From contig JAUCBJ010001104.1 in the NCBI GenBank assembly GCA_032718475.1, positions 1 to 37,661 on the forward strand: a stretch of DNA of 37,661 bases. Reading direction: 5' to 3'. Below are positions 1 through 9,985 of this stretch, piece by piece. The DNA comes from Nemertoderma westbladi (Eukaryota; Animalia; Xenacoelomorpha). The notes under the pieces were generated by a model. It was given only the letters and a program-made list of their open reading frames with translations, had not been told where the DNA came from and made no database searches. The position numbers and the translations under genes are program-made. The first letter of the stretch is position 1. Each line of letters starts with the position of its first letter.

Positions 1-299
1 TACTGTTTTGACATACACCCGCTATATCGTATATTGTGTGTTACTGTTAATTGCAAAAGTTTTTTGGCCCAAAGTTTTTTTTTACACTTATAGCAGATAT
101 TCTCATCCTCAGTAGGAACATCAACACAAGGGACAACAGCAACCTTGTGTTGAACTGCCTTTACTTTCTTCGTTGTAGAAGATGATAAAGTACGGCATTC
201 CAGCTTCCCATCAGCAGTAATATCATATCTATGGTATCTACGATGCAGAATTTGCCTGCGATCACTGTTCATAAAGGAATTGCATGATCTACAATACTG
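1..299 (-). pseudogene. Possible degenerate coding relic (transposase-like C-terminus or exon), open to the window edge
   Basis: Minus-strand frame open from ~299 to 1 (QYCRSCNSFMNSDRRQILHRRYHRYDITADGKLECRTLSS...ENICYKCKK), with in-frame stops just upstream. No family recognised with certainty. Confidence 0.2.
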
Positions 300-1606
300 C
301 TATACTCAATAATCTGATAATTGATCTATTATCTTTTCTACCATAATAACTACATTAATTATCACTGACTTGCCTCATCATAATGAGATATACTGTATTA
401 CGTTCCATTCCCTGCTGCCCTTGGCCGGGATTAGGGAATTATATAGATGAATTTCAAACAGCTTTTCTTTCTATTATGATATAATAATTAATAGTATCAG
501 AAGGTATATAACTCATTGGGTATTGAAATTAGTCAATAATATGTTAAAATTATTTACCTTTGTTTGTTACACATAAAATATCTGACAAGTGGGTGGTGAA
601 AAAAACAGCCTTTATTGTGTCTAAAACATTTAAATACTTAATGTGTGCAGGTTATGAGAGCAACCTCGTAAGCAGACCTTGGTTCTAAAGTATTTAATCT
701 GACGATTAATTTTGAAAATTGAACTTTTAAATTGAATAAAATATACCGAAGAAGGCATGGGTGGGATCCGAAACTTGTCCCATGCATGTTTCCCTTATCC
801 ATGTTACTACTCATGATTCATTTCAAGCACCCATCTTTTATCAGACGCTTGCAGTGATGTTCCGAAGTATGGCAATTTTGGAAAGTTTCAATTTTCCAGA
901 TGATGGTATGGAAGTCTGACTTGCTGGTGGTACATGAAAATTGTACCACAGAACCCCCTTTGGTATATCTAACTATTTACTAAATGTTTTGGGCTACCCA
1001 CTAATCAGACCACTCTAACTCAAGCCTCAAAAAGACAAAATTTGTCAAAAAGTTTAAAAAAGTAAAAAGTAAAAATGTCCAATCTTTGGCCACATAGAAA
1101 AGTTGGTCTGACAAGTGGGTGGTATTTATTCATGGTTTTAATGTGTATGAGACCTAGTTATGTATACAATAAATATAAAATGACACTCCACCCACTAGTC
1201 AGAAAGATTTTCTGTAGGTTTCTTTGGGGATATGTTCGAATAAATCACAAACTTTGAACTGCAATATCTCGAAAACCAATACACCATCATCAGAAATATT
1301 TCATCAGGTGTCATTTTATACCATTTCCGACCATATATCCAAAAATAAACGAAGTTGATGAACCATGGCACCGCGATTTGTCGAATTTGGATGGAATTAC
1401 ACAGAATCGTCAGCAGTTGCAAGATCTACCGGGTGAATGCCCTCGGGGTCAACACCCGCTGGTACCCCGCTCTCAAGCAAGACTACTGCTCGCAAGCCCC
1501 CTACAGTAGCGCGGCTTGAGCCTGAGTAAGCTCGCGTTTGCACTTATTACAGTCGCTGCCTGATTGAGGGCGAAGTTAGTTAACAAATCCGTATATATAC
1601 TGTAGG

Positions 1607-2308
1607 TTACAAATATAATTGTACAAATTGGTAGGATAGATATAAAATAAGTATGTAGTCATTATAGAAGAGGGGCAGTATGGTAAAGGGTTGAAACATT
1701 GAAGTCCCTCCAGAGTTGATTGTAGTTTCTGTGGTTGTTATAAATGCGGTTGGCGGGGTTTCCTCACTGTGCCCACCTCGCGTCGTGGTTGGTGCTGCCG
1801 TTATATTGGGTGTTAGCGTCATGGTGGGTGCCGGAGTCGATAACGCGGAAGTGTTTATATCCATGCAGAGAATCCTTTCGGCGTTTCCGAATTCCGGAAG
1901 GTCGTCACATCGAAACCCATCGGGCCACGAAGTTCCGTACTGCTCTATCAGCGGTGCGCAACCGCTCTGTGCGCGCAGACACACGGACTTGCAGACCCGC
2001 AGGGGTTGTTCGTAGTTCTCGATACAAATCGGCATGTACATCGAGCACAGGATGAAACCCAGGCCGCTGCCGCAGGTCTCTACAAAGGACCATAACTGAC
2101 CGATTGCCTTTCCAGCCTCCTCCTGGCTCGTATGATTGAACTGGTTGGGCATTGAGGTGGTGTTGTACCCGATCCCGAGACACATAGGGATCCTTATATA
2201 TTCGCAACGACGATCTGCATCTCTCGATGCCATTTCCACATCCACAATCATAAATATCAAAGTTTGCACAAAAATGCACCTGAGTAATTTTGGGGTTGGT
2301 GTCATCAT
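1607..2308 (-). CDS. Frizzled-5/8-like CRD-only protein with signal peptide, Thr-rich stalk and hydrophobic C-terminus (GPI or TM-like)
   Basis: CEYIRIPMCLGIGYNTTSMPNQFNHTSQEEAG...FILCSMYMPICIENYEQPLRVCKSVCLRAQSGCAPLIEQYGTSWPDGFRCDDLPEFGNAERILCMD aligns with the Fz5/8 CRD and keeps all 10 Cys. The ORF-track start at 2344 is TTG; the first ATG is at 2308. No 7TM region follows. Confidence 0.88.
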   Translation of the reverse strand: MMTPTPKLLRCIFVQTLIFMIVDVEMASRDADRRCEYIRIPMCLGIGYNTTSMPNQFNHTSQEEAGKAIGQLWSFVETCGSGLGFILCSMYMPICIENYEQPLRVCKSVCLRAQSGCAPLIEQYGTSWPDGFRCDDLPEFGNAERILCMDINTSALSTPAPTMTLTPNITAAPTTTRGGHSEETPPTAFITTTETTINSGGTSMFQPFTILPLFYNDYILILYLSYQFVQLYL

Positions 2309-2605
2309 TACTAAGAAGAATTTGTTGCCGTTGAGTTTGTGCAATGTTATATCTAACGAATATATCTAATCCCTGCTAAAAATAGGTATTTGTTATTTAT
2401 TTAAAAAATCATAGTGAGATCTCATTGGTTATGGTTAGTCATTATTAGTATCACGCTGTAAATACCGACTAGGGTAGTCACGTCAAAAGATGTACAGCTG
2501 CGTTGAAGTTAGTCTGCCCAAGATCATCATTTATTTCTCTGCCATGATTAAGGTCTGTCAGGTCCCGGGTTTCAGTTGTTAGTCCAAGAAAACAAGTGCT
2601 ATGGC

Positions 2606-2999
2606 TAGAGGCGTAGCGAGGGGGGGGGGGGGGGGAATCCCCCAGGGGCGCTGAAATGCCAGGCAAATGTCAGGGTATTCATGTAGAAATAGGACAAATC
2701 AGTGAAAATTCAGGGATTGTGATACAGTATATACAGGATATGTGTCATAAGCGAAAAATGTAAAATTTTTCTCGGCTCGTTTCGCTCGCCATTCAATATA
2801 TTATACAGTAATTGCACTATATCAAACTTGTATATGTATATACAGTAATAGATTTCAGGATTTGATATAGTATATACTGTTATATACATATATAATATTA
2901 AAAAAACCGTCATAAATGAAAAGTTAAAATTATTGAAGGGGGGGGGGGGGCATCTTAGCTTCATTCCCCCGGGCGCCAGAAGGGCTCGCTTCGCCTCTG
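2606..2999. mobile_element. Non-autonomous hAT-like MITE
   Basis: Terminal inverted repeats TAGAGGCGTAGCGAG ... CTCGCTTCGCCTCTG, with poly-G runs inside both ends. No clear 8-bp TSD remains. Confidence 0.5.
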
Positions 3000-3964
3000 G
3001 CGCATCCCTCGGTTGGCAGACACCAACTGTCACTCATCCTGCGCTGCACCTGCATTATTTATTTACCAATGGTAGCGGTAGTCGCACTCTTCTAATCAAA
3101 TCACTTCGCTTTACGTAGGCATGCATACCTGTCCGCATGTATGATGTGCATCGTGTACTGGAGTTTGTTCCGGGGGGACCGCACTGGAAATAAGTCGTCA
3201 GAATTTGTGCGTATAATCCCTGGCATAACGGCCGAAGACAATTTATTTACTTTAATTTAATGTTAAAAACAGTGTTGAATTGAAGTGGATAAAAGTTTAA
3301 AATAATTTAATTTTAATAGATTTCAGTAGTACCATTCCGTAAAAATAGAATTTAATATTATGTGATTGTGTTATATTCTTTCATTAAAACTATGTAAAGA
3401 TTGCCCTATTTTTTACATGGAATTTTCCCTGTCTCAAAATATCAGGTACTCGTCAGATATACTACAGGAAGCTAAGCAAATCATTAGCCTGCCCCACGGC
3501 CTTCGTCTACTTTTAGGCCCGTCACGGTTGAGATAGGTGGATGATTTTAGATGGGATTAATTATTAGCAATTAATAGTGAAGGAAATTTAATAAGTAACA
3601 CCAATTAATTATAATAATAAGGTACTCAGAAATCAATATCGATTATACTTTAAAACAGAAAAAAAAGTAAGTATTCCTTTGGTTGAGAATATAATCTAAA
3701 CAATTTGAGTAACCTTCTAACTTATCAAGTTATGTGAATCAGTGAATGCTCACGATCTGAATTAAACATCCCAATTATTATCCTGAATGGATGTCGTGGT
3801 CGAATTCAACCAGAACCCATTGTGAGTCCAGCACATTATTCGAGGGATATTTTTAAAATAGACTGTCTAGACATTAAGAGTTTCTATACATCATTTATTG
3901 ACATTTGGTGGTACCATTCCATAATCTACGGTATCTGGGGACACAATATGCAGGCATGGGAAGT

Positions 3965-4422
3965 GGGTACGTACTAAAAGGTAGAACGATCTATAACGGG
4001 CTATAATTTTCTATAAACAAGCTATAACCACCTATAACGAGCTATAATATGAAAATTTACAATAAAAAAACATATTTTAGAATGGATTTATTTTCCTAGT
4101 CAGTAATTTAATTACGCAATTTGGTTTTTTAGTCTATAAATGTTTTTCATCTTTGTGGTATCACGAAATAAGTCATTACTGCATTAGGGAAACTCGAAAA
4201 TCCGCCTTGGCGAAATAATATCCCGCCTCAATGTTAAATTACCAATTTACGGAAAGGAGCAGGTTACAGTGGTACGTTAATTTAACCAAAACAATAAACT
4301 AAGCACAATAGAACAGGTTTGAGAATAATCAGCTGTTATTTGCGTCGAATTTCCCCTGGAGAGGGGTGAATTTTAATTGCGTCCAGTTTCCCCCCCCCTA
4401 TCTGACCTTTTAGTACGTACCC
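3965..4422. mobile_element. MITE with 18-bp perfect TIRs (GG termini, possibly Merlin-like)
   Basis: GGGTACGTACTAAAAGGT ... ACCTTTTAGTACGTACCC. Flanks TGGGAAGT / TGGGAGT resemble an 8-bp TSD with a 1-nt deletion. Short CTATAA repeats lie inside. Confidence 0.6.
4187..4404. mobile_element. Left-truncated copy of the ~230-bp MITE at 29538-29765, nested in the element above
   Basis: Collinear with 29545-29765 (TTGGCGAA..TAATATCCCGCCTCAATGTTAAATT...GCTGTTATTTGCGTC...TTGCGTCCAGT..CCCCTATCTG). Confidence 0.75.
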
Positions 4423-4768
4423 TGGGAGTGGTATGTCTAATGGAGAACTGCTATTGCTATAATAGATAGAGTATAGAGATTGTTTAATCTGCACCACCCC
4501 AACCAACCCGAAGGCGCACATGACTATTTTCTTGTTTACTAATATTTTGCTATGTTCTATGAGTATGACTGAGTAAGTAATCTGGTAATAATAATATTAC
4601 GGAAATGTAAATACTAATAATTGATATATCTGCAGCGTACACACGCACTAATAATTATTATAACCATAAAACTCGTATTGTTAACGAGTTCCAAGCTTAC
4701 GCAAAATTTATTAAATGAACTATAAACATTTTAAACAATCCACCAAAATATGCAGAGAGCGCAATATC

Positions 4769-6679
4769 TTATTGCAATTTGAGTAACGCCATCATATGAA
4801 ATAGTGTATCGTTTAATGAATAACCGAAATATGTATAGTCATCCATATAGCGGTAGGCTAGACGTAACAGTTGCATTATATCCAGACTGCGGTAGTATTC
4901 CCCCATAAGAATGTGAGATTCGGTGGCATTTTCAAAAACGTCGTCGAATACCACGGTCGACTCTTCCTCGAGACCCAAACGACGTACAACGTACAGCGAG
5001 TCCATGTCAAACATCTCGGTATGTCCAATAACATTGTAATTCATCATACACGGATTGCAGATCTCAAAGGCCGGTCTCCAATACCGATTATTCTGTAGTT
5101 TCTTCACTGCTGTCGTCACGGGAATAGATTCATCCCCATCCGCATTACCCAAGGTAAGAACATTGACAAAGTCGGAAAATGTTATATACCTAGCCATGAA
5201 CTGATTGAATAACATTATATCTTCACGACCATCCACTATGATATTATCTTCATCGGGATTGCTGTTTCGTAGAATCGTTTCTTCGTTCAGTTCCTCAGTT
5301 ATTTCAACTTTGTCTTCAACTGCTTTTTTGAACTTTATTATTTCCTCTTTGATATCCATTTTCGGTAAGAATAAGGGTGTGAATCGACCATATAGCCAGG
5401 AACCCGAACCTTTAAACTTATCTAAATACGCACTTAAAATTCTTTCAAAAGGTTCCCGAACAAACATAAACCCGAAATAATTATCCTTCACATATTCTTG
5501 TGTCGTCGCGTTCAGTTGAGCGAACTTGTTGAATCTGAGATCGGCATAAGTGTGGGGATTGAGGTTGTCATCATCTTCGGAGGATTTCACTGAATCTTTT
5601 AGTAAAATTTTCCACGGGGTTGTGAATGCTTTTGGTACTGAACAAAAGTAGGTTTGTAATTTTGGATGCACAGTGACTGCTAGAGGATCTATCTCAGCAT
5701 ATTCTGCGTTTGAATCTTTTTCACAGGATTCTATCAAATTGGACAACCTCTGGTTATTGACTTCTATTATTTCTCCTAACAACTGATTATCTAATAGAGG
5801 GGTGGTTGTGGTTTGATAATTAGAACCACTACTGCTGGGGGTGTAATCGTTTGTAGTGGAGTAATTCTGACTCCCTACAGAATATAAACTAGTATCAGAT
5901 TCAGTGGTCGAATCTTCAACTACTTGATGTCCAGGAGACAACGTCCCATCTTCTTCATTACTGACTGCTGTTGTAGAAATCTCATCGTAAGATTTAGTAG
6001 CGGTGACATTTACACTGCTTTGAAAACTATCTCGTGTTCCTGTTGTAGGAATAGGGGTTCCTAAATTTAATTCCCCCACTGTATCTACTATATCAGTTGT
6101 CGAAAATGCCGGTGTTGTCGTGGTTATGATTGCATCAGCTGTATTTTCGAACCAGTCCCCATCGAACTCCTCACTATTCGATTCCGCTTCAGTTTCATAC
6201 GGGAGTTCAGTAAAATCATTCGATTCAGTATGGTCAAACTTTTCCCAGTTATTAACTGCCCCAAACTCATTTTTGGAAGTAACGTCAACCTCGAAATCCT
6301 CTCCAGTGAAAGTCTCGTAAAAGTTTCCGGTTGGGATTTCCACCTGAATATCTTCAGTAGAAACTGTAGTAAATATTTCATCCATATCATCTGGGTAAGC
6401 TTCTTCTGAAGATTCTATCGGCCATGTAAATGATGAAAAATCCTCGCCGATTTTATTACCTGACCCGCCATTGTTTACCGAGCCAGAATCATCCCACTGC
6501 AATTCGGAATCATCGTGTCTGTAGTCAGACAACAGAGAAAACAATTTGTAGGAAACTGCCGTCGTAATTATTAAAACTATCGCAGTTTTAAGATAAAATG
6601 ATCTTCGAGATTTCTGTTTCACTTTATACGACATTTCTTCATTATTGTAATTATCATCACTTTGTCTCATCAGCAACAT
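4769..6679 (-). CDS. Carbohydrate sulfotransferase, CHST8-14/HNK-1ST (Sulfotransfer_2) family, type II Golgi membrane protein
   Basis: N-terminal TM (TAIVLIITTAVSY), acidic Ser/Thr-rich stem, 5'-PSB-like FCSVPKAFTTPWK, 3'-PB FMFVREPFERILSAYLDKF, WRP...CNPC..NYNVIG and C-terminal YMDDYTYFGY. The ORF-track start at 6685 is TTG; the first ATG is at 6679. Confidence 0.88.
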   Translation of the reverse strand: MLLMRQSDDNYNNEEMSYKVKQKSRRSFYLKTAIVLIITTAVSYKLFSLLSDYRHDDSELQWDDSGSVNNGGSGNKIGEDFSSFTWPIESSEEAYPDDMDEIFTTVSTEDIQVEIPTGNFYETFTGEDFEVDVTSKNEFGAVNNWEKFDHTESNDFTELPYETEAESNSEEFDGDWFENTADAIITTTTPAFSTTDIVDTVGELNLGTPIPTTGTRDSFQSSVNVTATKSYDEISTTAVSNEEDGTLSPGHQVVEDSTTESDTSLYSVGSQNYSTTNDYTPSSSGSNYQTTTTPLLDNQLLGEIIEVNNQRLSNLIESCEKDSNAEYAEIDPLAVTVHPKLQTYFCSVPKAFTTPWKILLKDSVKSSEDDDNLNPHTYADLRFNKFAQLNATTQEYVKDNYFGFMFVREPFERILSAYLDKFKGSGSWLYGRFTPLFLPKMDIKEEIIKFKKAVEDKVEITEELNEETILRNSNPDEDNIIVDGREDIMLFNQFMARYITFSDFVNVLTLGNADGDESIPVTTAVKKLQNNRYWRPAFEICNPCMMNYNVIGHTEMFDMDSLYVVRRLGLEEESTVVFDDVFENATESHILMGEYYRSLDIMQLLRLAYRYMDDYTYFGYSLNDTLFHMMALLKLQ

Positions 6680-7149
6680 TGCCAAACCGCATTACAAAAA
6701 CGAATATAAACTAGAAATTTAATCAAAACTTAGATTTTTTAATTGGTGTTTTAAAACATTGAAATTTATTCTTTCAAAATATTTATTTTATATGGTTCGA
6801 TTTATTCTAGGGTTTCATTGGGTTCCTAGAATAATTCAATTAGATGCTGAATGGGGTGGAGGGGCAGTAGTCAGCACCAATGCAAACTAAAACAGTCATC
6901 ACATCTGTTACCATGGCAAGGATGTTACCCTCTATGGTATACAATGGACTGAACACACGTATAACTTTACAGCATTACAGTAGTAATACGAACAACTGCA
7001 TTATGCGACCGGCACTGCCATGTAATGAACTACGATTCGATATTAATTTTATTATATTTCTCACTATTTATGAATCATCAGTTTTATTGATTTTTTGGGC
7101 GAGTAATGTTGGTAGAAGGTTTAAATTAGTACTGAAGTCCAATATAGAT

Positions 7150-7350
7150 GAGACGGTGGGGATGTGGGAGGGGGGAGGCTTGCCGCAAATCCCATCTCAG
7201 CAGCACATTAATATCTCGTCTCAATGTTAATTAAACTATCAATTTAAGGAAAAAATCAGTTTACAGTGGCATCTAAGAAAATCAATAAACGAAAGGAAAA
7301 TGAACACGTTACAGTCATATGTATGGGAGCTATCAGCTGTTATTTGCTTC
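7150..7350. mobile_element. Degenerate copy of the same ~230-bp MITE family
   Basis: GCAAATCCCATCT...TTAATATCTCGTCTCAATGTTAA...TTACAGTGGCA...ATCAGCTGTTATTTGC matches the copies at 4187 and 29538. Confidence 0.55.
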
Positions 7351-7473
7351 TAAATTCAGGGATAAATTTATGAAGTTTGGTCTAGTTGTGACATTCTTGG
7401 GCTTCAAATCAGGATCATCATGTATCATCATCATGTAGCAACAGCAGCACTATTTGGGCTTAACTGGTGAAAC

Positions 7474-7523
7474 CTAGGTCAACACTGTCTTTCATCCTTG
7501 TCTGGTTGATAAATGGGAACCAA
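7474..7523 (+). mobile_element. SINE central-domain-like fragment
   Basis: AGGTCAACACTGTCTTTCATCCTTGTCTGGTTGATAAATGGGAACCA resembles the conserved GGTCAACTCAGCCTTTCATCC...GATAAATGAGTACC block of several animal SINEs (recalled, not searched). Confidence 0.35.
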
Positions 7524-7539
7524 GGCAACTTGGCAAAAC

Positions 7540-8046
7540 ACAGTGGAAGGGTTTACTGTGGAAGATCACCCATATGGTGGTGAACATGCATTCCTTTAGG
7601 AAACAGAGTGGAAGGGTTTATTTACTGTGGAAGATCACCCATATGGTGGTGAACAGGCATTCCTTTAGGAAACAGAGTGGACGGGTTTACTGTGGAAGAT
7701 CATCCATATGGTGGTGAACAGGCATTCCTTTAGGAAACGGAGTGGAAGGGTTTATTGTGGAAGATCAGCCATGGTGGTGAACAGGCATTCCTTTAGGAAC
7801 CAGAGAGAAAGGGTTTACTGTAGAAGATCACCCATATGGTGGCGAACAGGCATTCCCTTGGGAAACAGAGTGGAAGGGTTTACTGTGGACTGTGGAAGAT
7901 CACCCATATGGTGGTGAACAGGCATTCCTTTAGGAAACAGAGTGGAAGGGTTTACTGTGGAAGATCACCCATATGGCCATATGGTGGTGAACAGACATTC
8001 CTTTAGGAAACAGGGTGGACGGGTTTACTGTGGAAGATCACCCATG
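7540..8046. repeat. 65-bp minisatellite, about 7-8 copies
   Basis: Unit GGAAACAGAGTGGAAGGGTTTACTGTGGAAGATCACCCATATGGTGGTGAACAGGCATTCCTTTA, with starts at 7599, 7668, 7733, 7795, 7861, 7933 and 8005. Confidence 0.95.
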
Positions 8047-8661
8047 GTATTAACATATGGCCAAAGATTGGGTTCAAAAATTTTTTTTTCAAATTTGCGT
8101 CGCCCTCTAGCGGCCACCAGCGAAATTGTTAATTTCACTAAAAACACTACTAGTCTCACAATTTTGGGCGAAAATTTTCGAAACTTGGTTTTTCTGAATC
8201 AGCATCCTCGGCTCCACAAAACTTATCGGTTACATTTTTTATTTAGGTCTTAAATATTTTTTAAATATTATTAACTAATATTAATTATTACTTAATAGAT
8301 ATTAACTAATTTCAAGAAATTAATATGGCACAATTCAAAATTCTAACCGATAACTTTTGATCAAAACCCGAAAAGAAATCAAACAAAAAAAAAATTTCGA
8401 AAATTGGTTAAGAAATGGCTGAGTAGTAGTATTTTGAATGTGAAAAATACAATTCCGAGATAAACGCATTTAAAGTTTAATAACAATATATTTAAAATGT
8501 TCCCGCTATTTTCAGTACTGGTATCTCCTTTTCTTTTCCCATTGGTTATCCCCTATCCATATTTTGTGATTTCTCAATGGATTTCATGAAATTTGTTCAA
8601 AAAAACCCCTACCCACTTTTAACAACCTGTTAAAATAATTTTAGAGTGCTTGCCAAAAAAC

Positions 8662-9032
8662 ACTTCGCGCAGCACGTGAACAAATTTTATTTTGGCGATT
8701 TGATTTGATCGCATACTATTTCGTCATTTAGTAATAAATAGTCATGGAATAATGAGACAACCTTAAGAAACATTCAAAATTATATAAAAATTTCCACATA
8801 ATTTTATAATAAGCCTTTACACAGAACATTAAACTTTGCGCAGCACGTGAAACCTTTGCGCAGCACGTGAGACATTTGCGCAGCAGGTGAAGGTTTCACG
8901 TAGCACTTAAATTCTTCATAAAGCACGTTAATTAATCGAGCACCTCGGAAAGCTTTTTGATCAGAATGAGAAGCCTTCACGCGGCACATGAAAAGTTAAT
9001 GCTGCACATGAAGACTTCGCGCAGCACGTGAA
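8662..9032. repeat. Degenerate ~20-bp repeat cluster (CTTCGCGCAGCACGTGAA), probably a transposon subterminal relic
   Basis: GCGCAGCACGTGA at 8667, 8838, 8858 and ~9019, a variant at 8878, and decayed copies between. Confidence 0.7.
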
Positions 9033-9239
9033 TTATTCTCAGAGCCTGCGGAATTTAAAAAAATAAGTTTATGGTTGTTTCCCAGAATAATTATTACTAG
9101 CTATTGTTATATGATGGTTCACATTTGTTATTACTAGTAGACATCTAGACAACTAGTCCATTAGACAACTGTTCAATATGTAATACAAAACTCACAAATA
9201 TCTATTAAATATATATTAATTAAAATTTGACGGATATGT

Positions 9240-9435
9240 TGACAGACAGACAGACATACAAACAGACAGACAGACAAAATGAGAGACAGACTGAGATACA
9301 GATATAGTGATTAGATAATTCCAAATATTAAAACAGACATCGACATTAAGAAAAATATTAACAGTAAACATTTCAGATTGCTTATTTTATGCCCTTTTTA
9401 ATATTTCGATGGACAGACAGACAGACATACAGACG
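9240..9435. repeat. Two (GACA)n microsatellite blocks
   Basis: gacagacagacagacatac... at 9241-9290 and 9412-9435. Such tracts are typical of Helentron/HINE-type elements (inference). Confidence 0.6.
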
Positions 9436-9819
9436 GAAAACCAGCCATTACTCGAGAAGTAAAAGAGATCTCGCTAAGCCGTTTCCAGATTTGAAATCCG
9501 CATTAAATTCTACTCTAGATGAAATAAAAAAACAAAAAATGAAAATTTTGACCTGAGGGGGGGTGTACCCCCCCCCCCCCCCCCCCTTAATGAGACTAAA
9601 AGATTCTCCCCATTATTTATCTTTAAGCACAGTGGAGTGGCAATGGCAAGTATGTAGGTCTCCCAAATGTCAATAAAAATCCCTCCACCCCCCACTATCT
9701 GACATACACAGACATATCGGCCCACACTACCATATGACCGTGCACTGCCTAGGCAATACCACCAAGGTTGGCTAGACGTGATCCTACAGTACAGACGTGT
9801 CAAGAATAGGGGCTAATAA

Positions 9820-9985
9820 GCTACCTACGTGGTTAAATCGGTTTCCTTGAATCTCTCCGGTGGTCGTGGGTTCGGCACCCGCATGGTTAACAGAGTAGTT
9901 TCATTGGGCGTATATCTGCATTGAATCCTTAAACAGTACCGGTAGCTAAATCAATACTAGAGTTACCACTTGGGGACCGCACTGA
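9820..9985 (+). mobile_element. Degenerate tRNA-derived SINE-like sequence
   Basis: A-box-like TACCTACGTGGTTAA and B-box-like GGGTTCGGCACC (9868-9879). It ends in GGGGACCGCACTG, which also occurs at 3174. Confidence 0.3.

Noticed and set aside
581-1203. TCTGACAAGTGGGTGG at 581 and 1107, with inverted variants at ~995 and ~1188
   Set aside because: Probably a decayed DNA transposon, but its ends and TSD cannot be defined.
1425-1580. GC-rich structured patch with CTGATTGAG-GGC-GAAG, a possible hammerhead ribozyme
   Set aside because: It lacks the exact CUGAnGA/GAAA core and convincing stems.
6907-6920. RFX X-box-like GTTACCATGGCAAG upstream of the sulfotransferase; also TCACGTGAC at 15472 and CCAAT boxes near 37100-37140
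   Set aside because: Single short motifs without TSS data could be chance matches.
7540-8046. Possible CRISPR array (also considered for the 49-, 31-, 21- and 20-bp arrays)
   Set aside because: Units are head-to-tail with no unique spacers, there are no cas genes, and the context is eukaryotic.
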